64,000 nucleotides of DNA from a virus (Duplodnaviria > Caudoviricetes), in the IMG/VR virus record IMGVR_UViG_2568526014_000001, positions 5,958 through 69,957 of that record; one strand, written 5' to 3'. Positions 1 through 10,276 of this stretch are shown here, piece by piece. A program made the translations under genes and the position numbers. The notes under the pieces were generated by a model. That model saw nothing but the letters and a program-made list of their open reading frames with translations, had not been told where the DNA came from and ran no database searches. Position 1 is the first letter of the stretch; the number at the start of each line of letters is the position of its first letter.

Positions 1-46
1 AGTAATCCAAAATTAACTGAACGAAGCTAAAAACGAAAAATCGTGA

Positions 47-265
47 TTACGTGCAGCGGGACATCATGCAGTGCGGCGTGCCCTCACGCACCTGGTCGAG
101 ATACTGAAGGTAGCCAACCACGAGCAGATAGAGGAAGCACACGCCAAGAGCGGCCAGCCCATTTCGAGTCCAGCGTGCCGCTGCGCTGACGAGCCTACGG
201 AACCGATTCGGGCGAAATTTCCAGTCGATGATGTTTTGCATGGAGGTCTCCGGTGCAACGAGCAC
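47..265 (-). CDS. small hypothetical membrane protein
   Basis: 72-aa ORF with one hydrophobic stretch (LAALGVCFLYLLVVGYL), leftward of the repressor. Confidence 0.45.
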   Translation of the reverse strand: MLVAPETSMQNIIDWKFRPNRFRRLVSAAARWTRNGLAALGVCFLYLLVVGYLQYLDQVREGTPHCMMSRCT

Positions 266-370
266 TCAGAGAGGACGCCTGTTACTACCTGGAGTGAGCA
301 CGTACGGGCTATTTTGAAGTCGCCGCGACGACTATTCAGGCGTCCCGTCTGAGGGCTGTGCAGACACCAG

Positions 371-440
371 TTAGCGCTGCTCTCTATCAATGTTGATAAA
401 ATAGCAGCGCTAGTTACAGTGTGTCAACAGTGCCACTATT
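371..440. promoter_or_regulatory. putative repressor operators / leftward promoter region
   Basis: TAGCGCTGCT (372) and AGCAGCGCTA (403) are inverted copies; related AGTGCCACTA (429) and AGCGGCGCTA (1202, between cI and cro); AT-rich context. Confidence 0.4.
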
Positions 441-686
441 TTTATTGACATTGCGCAGCCACGGAGGTCTTAAGAGGACCGCAGTTGGGCGAGCCGCCCG
501 TGGTTAGCCGGCGAAGTGATTGATCTGGACTGTGCGTCTAGGTGCGTTAGAGCTTGTCCGAGGAGGGCGGCAAAAGTCTCACCAACACCAAGGTGGGCGG
601 TTGTCTGTCACGTCGATCCGCACGATGCTCTTTGTCGCAGAGCATCGTGTCCGATTTAATGTTTATATTTCCTGGGCCGGAGTGGA

Positions 687-1163
687 CTAAGGTGAGGTGC
701 GGTTTGCTGAGTCAGGGGGGGCCGCGTCTCCCCGTCCGACCATTTCCTCTGCGCCGAGCAATGTAAGCTTTATCGCCGTGATCGTGCTCTCCTTCACCTC
801 TCTAGGCAGCTTCTGGAGGCGGGCGGCTATGTCGCGAATCTCCATGTTGCCGTCCACACTGTTGTTCCCGGCCCGATCGCTTGCGAAGGCCGCGATGCGA
901 TCAATTTCGCCCTGCAGCGAGGGGCTGAAGTCTGATACACGACAAGACAACCCCGCTGCAAATTTGATAGCGGCCGAAACGTTCAGAACACTCCCCTTTG
1001 GCTTGTCCGCATTCAGATACTGCCAAACCATGCCCTGATTGCCTATCTCGTGCTTCTGCCCAAACTCGAGTTGGCTCATTCCTGCGTGCAAGGAAAAGAG
1101 CTCCCGCAACCGGGCAGAGTCGGCGATTTGCTCCGGGCTGGGTGGTGTCTTCGGCTTCTTCAT
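687..1163 (-). CDS. CI-like phage repressor (HTH, no obvious S24 peptidase domain)
   Basis: HTH-like MSQLEFGQKHEIGNQGMVWQYLN...AIKFAAGLSCRVSDFSP; divergent from a cro-like gene; likely start ATG 1163. Confidence 0.75.
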   Translation of the reverse strand: MKKPKTPPSPEQIADSARLRELFSLHAGMSQLEFGQKHEIGNQGMVWQYLNADKPKGSVLNVSAAIKFAAGLSCRVSDFSPSLQGEIDRIAAFASDRAGNNSVDGNMEIRDIAARLQKLPREVKESTITAIKLTLLGAEEMVGRGDAAPPDSANRTSP

Positions 1164-1248
1164 CTCGCAATTAGCGCAAATATTAATGCCACCAGGCAAC
1201 CAGCGGCGCTATTGCAATGCGATGACTAGATGAGCTAGTATTTCTGGC

Positions 1249-1494
1249 ATGGACCGTAACAATATCAAGCAGATCCGTAGATGGCTAGATTTATCTCAGG
1301 CGGCCTTTGCCTCTGCGATAGGCGTCACGCAAGGTTGCGTGAGCCATTACGAATGTGGTCGGCAGGACGTTTCCCCCAACGTTGCTCGCCGGATCATCGC
1401 GCTCGCGAGTGGTCGTGGTGTTGCGGTGACTTTCGACGATATCTATGGACGATCAACATCCGCGCACGAGTGCATCGTTGGCTTGGATCGATAA
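1249..1494 (+). CDS. Cro-like XRE HTH regulator
   Basis: IRRWLDLSQAAFASAIGVTQGCVSHYECGR HTH; divergent from repressor. Confidence 0.85.
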   Translation: MDRNNIKQIRRWLDLSQAAFASAIGVTQGCVSHYECGRQDVSPNVARRIIALASGRGVAVTFDDIYGRSTSAHECIVGLDR

Positions 1495-1525
1495 GCCGTG
1501 CATGACTGCTGCGACGGGAGCGTTG

Positions 1526-1765
1526 ATGAAGTACTTATGTGAACGCCTAGCCAGGTGGGCGCGAGGTCACGAGAGCGGAGCGGATCCGTGGTGCGAGCGC
1601 TTCAAGGTGGCTCGATCGGGCGACACGATATTTCTGGAGGTGACGGATCGGAGCCGTGTGAAGCCGGGATACATCGAAGGGCTGACCAAGTATGCCGAGA
1701 TGCATGGGATCCAGGTTCTCCTGCTAATCGATGGCGTCCGTGTAGCAGAGGAGGGAGAGCCTTGA
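1526..1765 (+). CDS. hypothetical protein
   Basis: ORF in early operon with GGAG upstream of ATG 1526. Confidence 0.45.
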   Translation: MKYLCERLARWARGHESGADPWCERFKVARSGDTIFLEVTDRSRVKPGYIEGLTKYAEMHGIQVLLLIDGVRVAEEGEP

Positions 1766-1977
1766 TGTGATAGTGGCGGCAGTATCGACAGGGGAGCGTG
1801 AGCGTGTGCATGGCGCGTTGTCGTTCCTGATGTCATGCCGCTCGACTGAGGTTGCATAGACGGGCTTGGTAGTTCCGCCATGGAACACGTAGTGCGACAT
1901 TCGATTCGGCATCCTATTCAAATGACTACTGCCATCGGATCGTGCTTTCAACTGTAGATGATGGAGGTGTAGAAATC

Positions 1978-2550
1978 ATGCGAAGGCTGTCGTGCAGGAC
2001 CCCGATTGCGGCGATCAAAGCGGCGATGACGGCATGGCGTAACGCGCACGGTTGGTCGCGCGAAACAGTTGTCGAGGAGATCTTGAATGCGCACGTCCGG
2101 ATCGGGGCCGAGCAGCGTGTCGGTGTCCGGTTCAGTGATCATCACGACCACTCGACGCGGCAAAAGGCGAACGCCGATCGGGTCTATCGCTGGCTCGATG
2201 ACGACGACAACGACCGCAACCTGCTGTCCGTGAACATGCTGCCGTCCGTGCTGGCCGGTTTCCCTGTCGAGAGCCAGCTTGCCTTGTTGGGCGAAATCCT
2301 TTCGCCCTTGGGGCTGACTGTCCGGCTGATCGAGCGCCAGGACGAAGGAGAGGTTCACCCGGGCGAGATCGTCAAGACGATCCTCGGCAGCAACCACCGC
2401 ACGGAGTCGGCAGCTGCCGATTTGCTCGACGGCATCGACCCGGGAGAACTGCGCCGGCTGCACGCGAGCTTGAGCGATGAAATCGGCACGAAACAGGGGC
2501 TTCTGGGGCGCGTTGAAGCGGCAATGCTTCAGGCTGGTGATGGGGCATGA
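1978..2550 (+). CDS. CII/YdaT-like regulatory protein
   Basis: Position after cro; GWSRETVVEEI and ADRVYRWLDD motifs resemble YdaT-type proteins; RBS GGAGG; stop overlaps next ATG. Confidence 0.55.
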   Translation: MRRLSCRTPIAAIKAAMTAWRNAHGWSRETVVEEILNAHVRIGAEQRVGVRFSDHHDHSTRQKANADRVYRWLDDDDNDRNLLSVNMLPSVLAGFPVESQLALLGEILSPLGLTVRLIERQDEGEVHPGEIVKTILGSNHRTESAAADLLDGIDPGELRRLHASLSDEIGTKQGLLGRVEAAMLQAGDGA

Positions 2551-4352
2551 GGACTATGAAGCGGGTCTACAACGTCTTCAGCTTCTGTAGCGGCCTCGGT
2601 GGAGGTGCGAAGGGCTTCCAGAAAGCAATTTCTCGCGTTGGTGCGATGACTGCGTCGTGGCGCTGCATCGGCGGGATCGATAACGATCCGGCAGCGGCAC
2701 GCGACTTCCGCACGCTCGTCGGCACCGACTGCACTGTGATGGATCTCTTCACGCGCGAGCAGTACGTCGCCTTCAATGGTGCTGAGCCGCCGGCTGGCTG
2801 GCGTGAGGCGACTGCTGCTGATGTGCGTGCCGCTGCTGGCAACGAGCACCCGCATTGTGTGTTCATCTCGTCGCCCTGCAAGGGTGCGTCGGGCCTTCTG
2901 TCCGAGACGCTCAGCCGAACGCCGAAGTATCAGGCGCTCAACGAGCTGACGCTCCGGTGCGTCTGGCTCATGTGCGAGGCGTGGAAGGACGACCCGGTCG
3001 AGTTGATCGTGTTCGAGAACGTACCGCGGCTCGCGACGCGCGGGCGACATCTGCTGAACCAGATTGACCAGATCTTTCGGCACTACGGCTACGCCACGAA
3101 CGAGACAACGCACGATTGCGGCAAGATCGCGAAGGGTGGTCTGGCGCAAAGCCGCAAGCGCTACCTCAAGGTCGCACGGCACATCGCGAAGGTGCCGGCG
3201 TTCTTGTACGAGCCGGAGCAGCACCGGCTACAAGGTGTCGGCACGCTGCTCGGCCGTATGCCGCTGCCGGGCGACGTCGCGGTAGCGGGCCCGATGCACC
3301 GTGTCCCGTCGCTCCAATGGAAGACGTGGGTACGGCTCGCGTTCGTCGAAGCGGGCAGCGATTGGCGCAGCCTGAACAAGCTGGCGGTCGAGAACGGCCA
3401 ATTGCGCGACTACCTCATCCTGCCTGAGCGTCGTGGTGGTCACCTCGGCGTCATCGAATGGCACGAGCCGGCTGGCACCGTTGCCGGAGAATTGCTGCCG
3501 ACGAACGGCGCTTTCAGCGTTGCTGATCCTCGCGCCGTGCAATCCGCTGCATGGAACCATGGGCAAAGCTACGGCGTTGTGCCATGGGACCACCACATCG
3601 GAACGATCACCGGGCAGCAGTCGCCTGGCCAAGGCACGTTCAGCGTGGCCGATCCTCGCCACGCCGGCCCGGCGAAGCACAACAACGAATTCCGCATCAT
3701 TCCGTGGCGGGACACGGCCGGCGCGGTGACGAGCGCGCACGGCACGGGCCAGTGCGTCGCAGACCCGCGGCGCGCCGGCGAGCACTTCGGCAAGTACGCG
3801 GTGACCTCCTGGGACAGTGCGACCGGCACGGTCATCTCCGGCAGTACTACTGGACAAGGCGCATACGCCGTGGCCGACCCGCGCCCGGGCATGCGTCGCG
3901 AGCGCGGCGACGCGTACCTCACAGGCGGCCACTATGGCGTGGTCGGTTGGCAGCAGCACAGCGGCGCGGTGTCGGCGGCTGCCGGCCACGACAATGGACG
4001 CTGGTCCGTCGCGGATCCGCGGCTGCCCGCCGCGAACGAGAAGACGGTCGCCGTCATCCGCGCGCTTGACGGCACGTGGCACCGGCCGTTTACCACGCTC
4101 GAACTCGCGGTGCTGCAGTCGCTCGTCGAGCCGGAGGAGCAGCTTGAGCTCGACGGCCTCTCGGATCAGGCTTGGCGCGAGCGAATCGGCAATGCGGTTC
4201 CGCCCGATGCCGCGCAGGCGATCGCCGAGGTGATGGGCACCACGCTGCTGCTCGCTGAGTCCGGTGAGACCTTCAGGCTGTCGTCGACGCCGGTGTGGGT
4301 GCGCCCGGTCGCAGTGGCACTGACGGTCGCGCAGCTGGGGGAGCAGGCATGA
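2547..4352 (+). CDS. DNA (cytosine-5) methyltransferase with five internal ADPR repeats
   Basis: Motif I FCSGLGG, catalytic SSPC, FENV, QSRKR, C-terminal IGNAV. Confidence 0.85.
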   Translation: MRTMKRVYNVFSFCSGLGGGAKGFQKAISRVGAMTASWRCIGGIDNDPAAARDFRTLVGTDCTVMDLFTREQYVAFNGAEPPAGWREATAADVRAAAGNEHPHCVFISSPCKGASGLLSETLSRTPKYQALNELTLRCVWLMCEAWKDDPVELIVFENVPRLATRGRHLLNQIDQIFRHYGYATNETTHDCGKIAKGGLAQSRKRYLKVARHIAKVPAFLYEPEQHRLQGVGTLLGRMPLPGDVAVAGPMHRVPSLQWKTWVRLAFVEAGSDWRSLNKLAVENGQLRDYLILPERRGGHLGVIEWHEPAGTVAGELLPTNGAFSVADPRAVQSAAWNHGQSYGVVPWDHHIGTITGQQSPGQGTFSVADPRHAGPAKHNNEFRIIPWRDTAGAVTSAHGTGQCVADPRRAGEHFGKYAVTSWDSATGTVISGSTTGQGAYAVADPRPGMRRERGDAYLTGGHYGVVGWQQHSGAVSAAAGHDNGRWSVADPRLPAANEKTVAVIRALDGTWHRPFTTLELAVLQSLVEPEEQLELDGLSDQAWRERIGNAVPPDAAQAIAEVMGTTLLLAESGETFRLSSTPVWVRPVAVALTVAQLGEQA

Positions 4353-4369
4353 AGCGCACCACTTCTCGA

Positions 4370-5086
4370 TCATTGATCGGATGCCGCACTCTGGTTGAGA
4401 AATCTTCCTATTTGCTTTGTTTCCCGTCGGCAAATAGACACGGCGTTGTCAAACAAAGCTGCTGCGTCAGTCAGGCGCTTGTGGGCCCGTTGCTTAAGCA
4501 TTTGCTCAATGGTCGCTGGGCGCAAGCCGCGAGCCGAATCGAGCATGTCATGAGCAGAACGAATTCTTGCCTGAGCCGACGCGATCTGTACGGCGCAATG
4601 GTCCGGCAACGCTGTCATCGAACGCATTTCATCGAAGGTCAATTCGCGCGTGTCGTCAATGACGTGGATTACGTCTTCAAGTGTCCATCTAATCAGCTGA
4701 TCTGCGTGATCGCTCGCCTCAATCTTCATCTCATCGCTGCCTGGTTGCGAGCGAATCAGAATGAGAGTTTCCATCATGCTGTCGATTTTAGTGACTGCGA
4801 CTTTAATGGAGCGCTGTGTAGCAGTGAGGCGATACTGAACACTGGCCGCTGTCAAGGCTCCTTTGATCCGCTCATCCTCCTGTTGTTTTCGCTGGCCCGC
4901 CCGCGCGGTATAGAGAGCGACCACGACCGCGCCACACGTTCCGATTGCGGTGGCAACGTCCCAAATGTCTTTCGTAGACTCAGTGGTGCGCGCAACGATC
5001 TTCCATACAAGGAACGCGGCCAAGAATCCGATCGCAAGCAGCAGCCAGACGAACGCCAACTGGGTTACTTCCCAAGCTCGCTTCAT
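4370..5086 (-). CDS. hypothetical membrane protein (moron, opposite strand)
   Basis: Two N-terminal TM segments; lower GC; inserted between the two methyltransferases. Confidence 0.65.
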   Translation of the reverse strand: MKRAWEVTQLAFVWLLLAIGFLAAFLVWKIVARTTESTKDIWDVATAIGTCGAVVVALYTARAGQRKQQEDERIKGALTAASVQYRLTATQRSIKVAVTKIDSMMETLILIRSQPGSDEMKIEASDHADQLIRWTLEDVIHVIDDTRELTFDEMRSMTALPDHCAVQIASAQARIRSAHDMLDSARGLRPATIEQMLKQRAHKRLTDAAALFDNAVSICRRETKQIGRFLNQSAASDQ

Positions 5087-5157
5087 GCTTCCCCCGATTT
5101 AGATTTTTGGGCGATCGTAGCATGTCGTCAGCCGATAGTTTCGGTGAGGTCGGCAGC

Positions 5158-6330
5158 ATGAACTGGCTCGACCGCTCCCACCGCGGCGACTGCCGCGACC
5201 TGATGCGCGAGATGATCGCAGACGGCGTGCGCGTGCAGACGATCGTCACCAGCCCGCCGTATTGGGGGCTGCGTTCATACCTGCCAGACGATCACCCTGA
5301 CAAGGCGTGCGAGATCGGCCAGGAGCCGACCCTGCGCGAGTTCATTGATACGCTCGTCGAGGTGTTCGACCTCGCGCGCCAGCTACTGGCCGACGATGGC
5401 ACGGCGTGGATCAACATGGGCGACAGCTACGCCGGCTCGCGCAGCGGGCCGGACGTCGGCTCGACGCTTCAGGGCACGCGGCGCAATCAGGCCGAGTCTC
5501 GAAAGGCCCGCACGAGCATGACGGCCAGCCGTCGGCGCGACGACACACCGGTGCCGCGCTCCGACGTGCGCGTCGAAGGGCTGAAGCCGAAAGACCTGGT
5601 CGGCCAGCCTTGGCGGCTCGCGTTCGCCCTGCAGGACGCCGGTTGGTGGCTCAGGCAGGACATTGTGTGGGAAAAAAGCAACCCCATGCCAGAAAGCGTG
5701 CGCGATCGCTGCACCAAAGCGCACGAGTATCTATTCCTACTGAGCAAAAACGAGCGCTACTTCTACGACTTTGACGCGATGCAGGAGCCCGTTAGCGGTT
5801 CCGCGCATGCGCGCGGTCCGGGCAATCTTCGCCATGCTGCGGCGGACGCCTATGCCGCGGGCGATGTACACCATAGGACGAAGAGCGGGCTTGTCGCATA
5901 CGCGGAGCGTCAGCGAGCGGCTGGCGTGAATCCGAAGGCAGTGAGTGGATGGGCTGCGGGGCCTGGGCCTCATACAGCGGTCGATCATAACCGCGGAGTG
6001 CGGACACGGAAGCCGAAGCAGAACGCATCGTTCTGCGATCTCGTCACCGAGAGGGTGAGCACCCGCAACCGCCGTTCGGTCTGGCACATCCCGACGCAAT
6101 CGTACAGCGGCGCTCACTTCGCAACTTTTCCGGAGGCGCTCGTTGAGCCATGTGTGCTCGCGGGCAGCCGACCAGGAGATGTCGTGTTCGATCCATTTTT
6201 CGGCAGCGGTACTACCGGACAGGTTTCTCAGCGTCTGGGCCGTCACTTCATCGGCTTCGAACTGAACCCCGAGTACGAGCAACTTCAGCGTGACCGGCTG
6301 CGCCAGCCGAGCCTGATGTTGGAAGGTTGA
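5158..6330 (+). CDS. DNA N4-cytosine/N6-adenine methyltransferase (beta class)
   Basis: TSPPY catalytic motif at N-terminus, HFATFP, and DPFFGSGTT SAM-binding motif at C-terminus. Confidence 0.9.
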   Translation: MNWLDRSHRGDCRDLMREMIADGVRVQTIVTSPPYWGLRSYLPDDHPDKACEIGQEPTLREFIDTLVEVFDLARQLLADDGTAWINMGDSYAGSRSGPDVGSTLQGTRRNQAESRKARTSMTASRRRDDTPVPRSDVRVEGLKPKDLVGQPWRLAFALQDAGWWLRQDIVWEKSNPMPESVRDRCTKAHEYLFLLSKNERYFYDFDAMQEPVSGSAHARGPGNLRHAAADAYAAGDVHHRTKSGLVAYAERQRAAGVNPKAVSGWAAGPGPHTAVDHNRGVRTRKPKQNASFCDLVTERVSTRNRRSVWHIPTQSYSGAHFATFPEALVEPCVLAGSRPGDVVFDPFFGSGTTGQVSQRLGRHFIGFELNPEYEQLQRDRLRQPSLMLEG

Positions 6331-6370
6331 CGCGCGAGCCCCAGTCCCAAACGTAAATCAAGAGACCAGC

Positions 6371-7252
6371 ATGGCAAAAAATTCTGTCGAGGTATACGGC
6401 GCGGCCGGGAAGACCAACGTTCTGTTCTTTGATCCCGATGCTCTGACGCTGATCACCGATCCGAACCACGCGCTGTTCGATCGCCGCGCGCTGCTTCCTC
6501 CGGATGAAGCGCTCGTGCAGAACATCATGAAGCACGGTGTTATCGAGCCGATCGTCGTGTCGAAGGACCCGGAGACGGGGATGACGTTTGTTGTCGACGG
6601 CCGTCGCCGAACAATTGCAGCGCGAGAGGCCAATCGACGCTTGGTTGCAGCAGGCGAGAAGCCGTATCGGATAACGGCCATTCCGCGGCGCGAGAAGATG
6701 GCCACGCTCAACAGTTTGATGGTTGCGACGAACGAGATCCGGCGCCCTGATTCGCCGATCAACAGAGCGGAGAAGATCGCCGGCATGCGTCAGCGCGGAC
6801 ACACGGATGCGGAGATCGCCATCGATTTCGGTATCCAGCCCGGCGCTGTGGGTGCGCAGCTCAAGCTTCTGGATTGCTGCGGCATGGTGCGAGACGCCCT
6901 GGAGGCTGGCGAGATCACGGTGGCCACCGCGTTGAAGCTTGCGCGGTTCCAACCTGACGCGCAGCGGGTCGCTCTGCGCGACATGCGAGCGGCGGCCGAG
7001 GGCAAGGAGGGACACGCACGAGTCCGGGCCCAGAAGGCGGCGCTGAGCGCGTCTCTGGGTACGCCAGCCAGCGCCGCGCCGCGCACACGCACCCGAAAGC
7101 AGATCGAGAAGGTACTTGCGACCGCGGATGGCGACGTAGCCGCGATGCTGAGATGGGTGCTGGGTCTCGACGAGACACCGCCGGCCGGCCAAGCCCGGGG
7201 AGCAGCAGATCACGGGTCGGCAGAGGCGTGTGCCGCGCGCGGGTCGAACTGA
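6371..7252 (+). CDS. ParB/Srx-like N-terminal domain protein
   Basis: GVIEPIVV...VVDGRRRTIAA ParB box followed by an HTH-like region. Confidence 0.8.
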   Translation: MAKNSVEVYGAAGKTNVLFFDPDALTLITDPNHALFDRRALLPPDEALVQNIMKHGVIEPIVVSKDPETGMTFVVDGRRRTIAAREANRRLVAAGEKPYRITAIPRREKMATLNSLMVATNEIRRPDSPINRAEKIAGMRQRGHTDAEIAIDFGIQPGAVGAQLKLLDCCGMVRDALEAGEITVATALKLARFQPDAQRVALRDMRAAAEGKEGHARVRAQKAALSASLGTPASAAPRTRTRKQIEKVLATADGDVAAMLRWVLGLDETPPAGQARGAADHGSAEACAARGSN

Positions 7253-7263
7253 TGGAGGCTGCA

Positions 7264-7947
7264 ATGAAATCCTCACTTGTCTCCCATGAACTGACGATGT
7301 CAAGCCGCGAGATTGCGGATCTTGTCGAATGCCGCCCTGACACGGTCAAGGTCACGATGGAGCGGCTGCGCGAGCGCGGCCTCATCACTTTTACGTCATT
7401 GACGGAGAAGTCCCATGGCGGCCGGCCTGGCGTTGTCTACCGCGTCGGCAAGCGTGACAGCTATGTCGTCGTCGCGCAGTTGTCGCCCGAGTTCACCGCC
7501 AGGCTTGTCGACCGCTGGCAGGAGCTGGAGTCGCGCTCGGCTCAGCCAGCTGTCGATCTGGACGATCCTGCATTCCTCCGCAGCGCGCTGCTCCAGTACA
7601 CGGAGCGTGTGATTCAGCTGGAAAGCACCATCGCCGAGCAGGCGCCGGCCGTCGAGTTCGCGCGAGCCATTCGCAATACCAACGACGCGATCCCAATCGG
7701 CAAGATGGCCGCTGTACTGGGCTTCGGGCGCAACACGTTCTTCGCGAGGCTTCGCGGCGATTACATCCTCATGGACGACAACCGTCCGTACCAGCACTAC
7801 ATCGACCGCGGCTACTTCCGCGTCATCGAAAACGTTTGGATCGACGCGGCGCATGAGCCGCACCCCACATTCAGAACGCTCGTCACGGGCGCCGGGCAGG
7901 TCTATCTGCAGCGGCGCTATGGCGGGGCGTCGGGAGCATCAAGATGA
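7264..7947 (+). CDS. Rha-family / KilAC (ANT) antirepressor-like protein
   Basis: TMSSREIADL, VVAQLSPEFTARLVDRWQELE, C-terminal GRNTFFARLR...PYQHYIDRGYF...TLVTGAGQ. Confidence 0.85.
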   Translation: MKSSLVSHELTMSSREIADLVECRPDTVKVTMERLRERGLITFTSLTEKSHGGRPGVVYRVGKRDSYVVVAQLSPEFTARLVDRWQELESRSAQPAVDLDDPAFLRSALLQYTERVIQLESTIAEQAPAVEFARAIRNTNDAIPIGKMAAVLGFGRNTFFARLRGDYILMDDNRPYQHYIDRGYFRVIENVWIDAAHEPHPTFRTLVTGAGQVYLQRRYGGASGASR

Positions 7948-8852
7948 GCACCGCAAAAATGCCGTGGTTTCGCCTGTACAGCGAGGCGATCGACGACGAG
8001 AAGCTGAAGCTGATCGCGGCCGAGGATCGCTGGTATTTCGTCGCGATCCTCTGCTGCAAGGGGCAAGGGGTTCTCGACAAGGCCGACGCCCTGTTGAAAC
8101 GCAAGGTCGCGGTGAAGCTGGGCGTGCAGCTCGACACGCTCGACGAGATCGCCCGCCGGTTGAGCGAGGTCGGGCTGATCGATCGCGACACGCTCCAGCC
8201 GTTGCGCTGGGAGGCCCGCCAGATGCGCTCGGACACGAGCACCGAGCGCGTTCGCAGGCATCGGGAAGCCAAGCAACGCTCCGGTAACGCGGATGAAACG
8301 TTACATGCAACGTTACATGCAACGTTACATGAAACGGAGGATGAAACGTTACATGAAACGCTCGATGAAACGGATGTGCAACGTTCCAGTAACGCTCTAG
8401 AAGAAGAGGAAGAGGGAGATAAAGAAGAAGACACAGATAAAACCAAAGTCAAAAACAAAAACACGGCGCAGACGCGCAAGCGCGCTGCCGACGCTTCGCC
8501 GAAATCCGTCGACGACGGCGAGAAGCCGCTGACGATCGCCGCGCTCGTTGCCGAGGGCGTTGAGCGCCAACATGCGCGAGATTGGCTGACGCTGCGAAAG
8601 GCGAAGCGCTTGCCGCTGACGCCGACAGCGTGGATGTCGGTGAAGGCTGAGGCCGCGGAGTGTGCGATGACGCCCGCTCAGGCCGTGCAGCATGCCGTCG
8701 AGTCGAATTGGGCCGGCTTCAAGGCCAAGTGGGTGCTCAACAGCGCCGCACTGGCGCGCGCCTCTCCCCGTGTCGATCGGAATGACCGGTCGGCCGCCGC
8801 TGCGGCCATCTTCCCCAGGGGACCCCAACGAGGCGAGGTGATCGATGTCTGA
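7944..8852 (+). CDS. phage replication initiator (O-like)
   Basis: N-terminal WFRLYSE, STERVRRHR, internal iteron-coded repeats, C-terminal RKAKR...WAGFKAKW. Confidence 0.8.
   Translation: MSTAKMPWFRLYSEAIDDEKLKLIAAEDRWYFVAILCCKGQGVLDKADALLKRKVAVKLGVQLDTLDEIARRLSEVGLIDRDTLQPLRWEARQMRSDTSTERVRRHREAKQRSGNADETLHATLHATLHETEDETLHETLDETDVQRSSNALEEEEEGDKEEDTDKTKVKNKNTAQTRKRAADASPKSVDDGEKPLTIAALVAEGVERQHARDWLTLRKAKRLPLTPTAWMSVKAEAAECAMTPAQAVQHAVESNWAGFKAKWVLNSAALARASPRVDRNDRSAAAAAIFPRGPQRGEVIDV
8293..8460. repeat. replication origin: 12-bp iterons (ATG(A/C)AACGTTAC) followed by an A-rich tract
   Basis: About 8 tandem, partly degenerate copies at 8293-8388 inside the initiator gene; purine/A-rich stretch 8400-8460. 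Confidence 0.75.
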
Positions 8853-9369
8853 CGCGATCGACGAAGCGCAAGTCCGCCGGTTGTTCATGCTGCTGCACGG
8901 CATGTACGGCAACTCGGTGCTCGACAAGTACCGGACCGGCCAGGCCGACGAGAGCGGCGAAGACGTGGGCATGGCGACGGCCCGCTCGGTCTGGCTCAAC
9001 GGTCTGCGCGAGTTTACGCCCGAAGTGCTGATGCGAGCGCTGGCGAAGTGCGCGGACAAGCACAAGACGTTTCCGCCGACGCTGCCGGAGTACCGGGATC
9101 TCTGCAAATCGGTCGCGCCGCGCCAGTGGTGCGCGACGGAGACGGTGCCGCGGCTCGACGTGAGCGAGGCACTGCGCTCGGAGCAGGTCGAGTGTGCGCG
9201 TCACGCCATCGCGGAAACGCGTCTACGGCGTCAGGGCGTTCTGCGAACAAACGCGGGCATTCGCGGACTGCATGTGCTGATCGCCAAGGCAGTGGGCTAT
9301 GCCGGTGGCGACGAAGCTGCGGCGCTACGGCGGCTCGACGCGAGCTTGTCGACCGACGGAGTGCGGTGA
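8845..9369 (+). CDS. replication protein P-like / helicase loader
   Basis: Follows initiator; LFMLLHGMYG and FPPTLPEYRDLC motifs. Confidence 0.65.
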   Translation: MSDAIDEAQVRRLFMLLHGMYGNSVLDKYRTGQADESGEDVGMATARSVWLNGLREFTPEVLMRALAKCADKHKTFPPTLPEYRDLCKSVAPRQWCATETVPRLDVSEALRSEQVECARHAIAETRLRRQGVLRTNAGIRGLHVLIAKAVGYAGGDEAAALRRLDASLSTDGVR

Positions 9370-9929
9370 TGACGGCGCGATCAACGAGCCTGCACTTTCC
9401 CGAGGGCACGAAGCGAATCGGCACGGCGCGCGTTCGCGAGGACGCCCGGCCCGCCATGACCACGGCGCAGCGGCTCATCTTCGAAGCGACGGGCAACCGT
9501 CCGAACGCGGACAGTGGCTTCGACGAGATCGCCGACGGCTTCGATCCGTTCGCGCCGGCGCCGCTCAGTACCGCCGAGCCGGAAAAGCCGCCGAAGTACC
9601 GCAACGCGAACTGCGAGCACGACGGCATTCAGTTCGACAGCCGCAAGGAGATGTCGCGCTGGATCGAATTGAGTCGAGAGCTTGCCGCCGGCCTGATTCG
9701 CGATCTCGAGCGCCAGGTGGTGTTCGTGCTGATCGAGTGCCAGCGACGGGAGGACGGCTCGCTGGAGCGGGCATCGAAGTATGTCGCGGACTTCGTCTAT
9801 ACGGACGCCGCGACTGGAAAGCGCGTGGTGGAGGACGTGAAGTCGTCTATCACGCGGCGAAACCCAACCTACGTGCTGAAGCGAAAGCTGATGCTGGAGC
9901 GGCACGGGATCACGATCAAGGAGGTGTGA
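9369..9929 (+). CDS. DUF1064-family PD-(D/E)XK nuclease-like protein
   Basis: KYRN...DGIQFDSRKE...YVADFVY...VVEDVKS. Confidence 0.85.
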   Translation: MTARSTSLHFPEGTKRIGTARVREDARPAMTTAQRLIFEATGNRPNADSGFDEIADGFDPFAPAPLSTAEPEKPPKYRNANCEHDGIQFDSRKEMSRWIELSRELAAGLIRDLERQVVFVLIECQRREDGSLERASKYVADFVYTDAATGKRVVEDVKSSITRRNPTYVLKRKLMLERHGITIKEV

Positions 9930-10276
9930 TGGCTGAAGGAAGAATGGGGATGACGTCCCGCCTGATCTGCGAGTGCGTCTCTGATCACCCAGACCTGACG
10001 GCGAACGAGGTCGCGCGAGAGATAGACGCGAACACCGAGACGGTCAAGAAGCTGGTATGCACGCTGGTCGAGCGCGGCTATCTCAAACGAGGTCGTCGCA
10101 CCGCGGTCGGGTACCGGATCAAGCTAGGGGCGAAGCCGTTTCCGTCGTCGGAGAGCTACAAGCAGCGGCCCGACTGGCTGCGAGAGGTCCAGGCCGAGCG
10201 GGATCGCAAGCGAGTCGTCAATGTGGTCGTGCCGGCGATGTACGCCATGGTCCTGGCCGGGCGGGAGGCGGCATGA
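9929..10276 (+). CDS. winged-HTH hypothetical protein
   Basis: LTANEVAREIDANTETVKKLVCTLVERGYL; overlapping start/stop codons. Confidence 0.6.
   Translation: MAEGRMGMTSRLICECVSDHPDLTANEVAREIDANTETVKKLVCTLVERGYLKRGRRTAVGYRIKLGAKPFPSSESYKQRPDWLREVQAERDRKRVVNVVVPAMYAMVLAGREAA

Noticed and set aside
6371-7252. ParB as evidence of a plasmid-prophage partition system
   Set aside because: No ParA or parS array seen; lone ParB-like genes are common in phage early operons
8293-8388. Tandem repeats as CRISPR-like array
   Set aside because: No spacers; 12-bp iterons inside the initiator gene explain them
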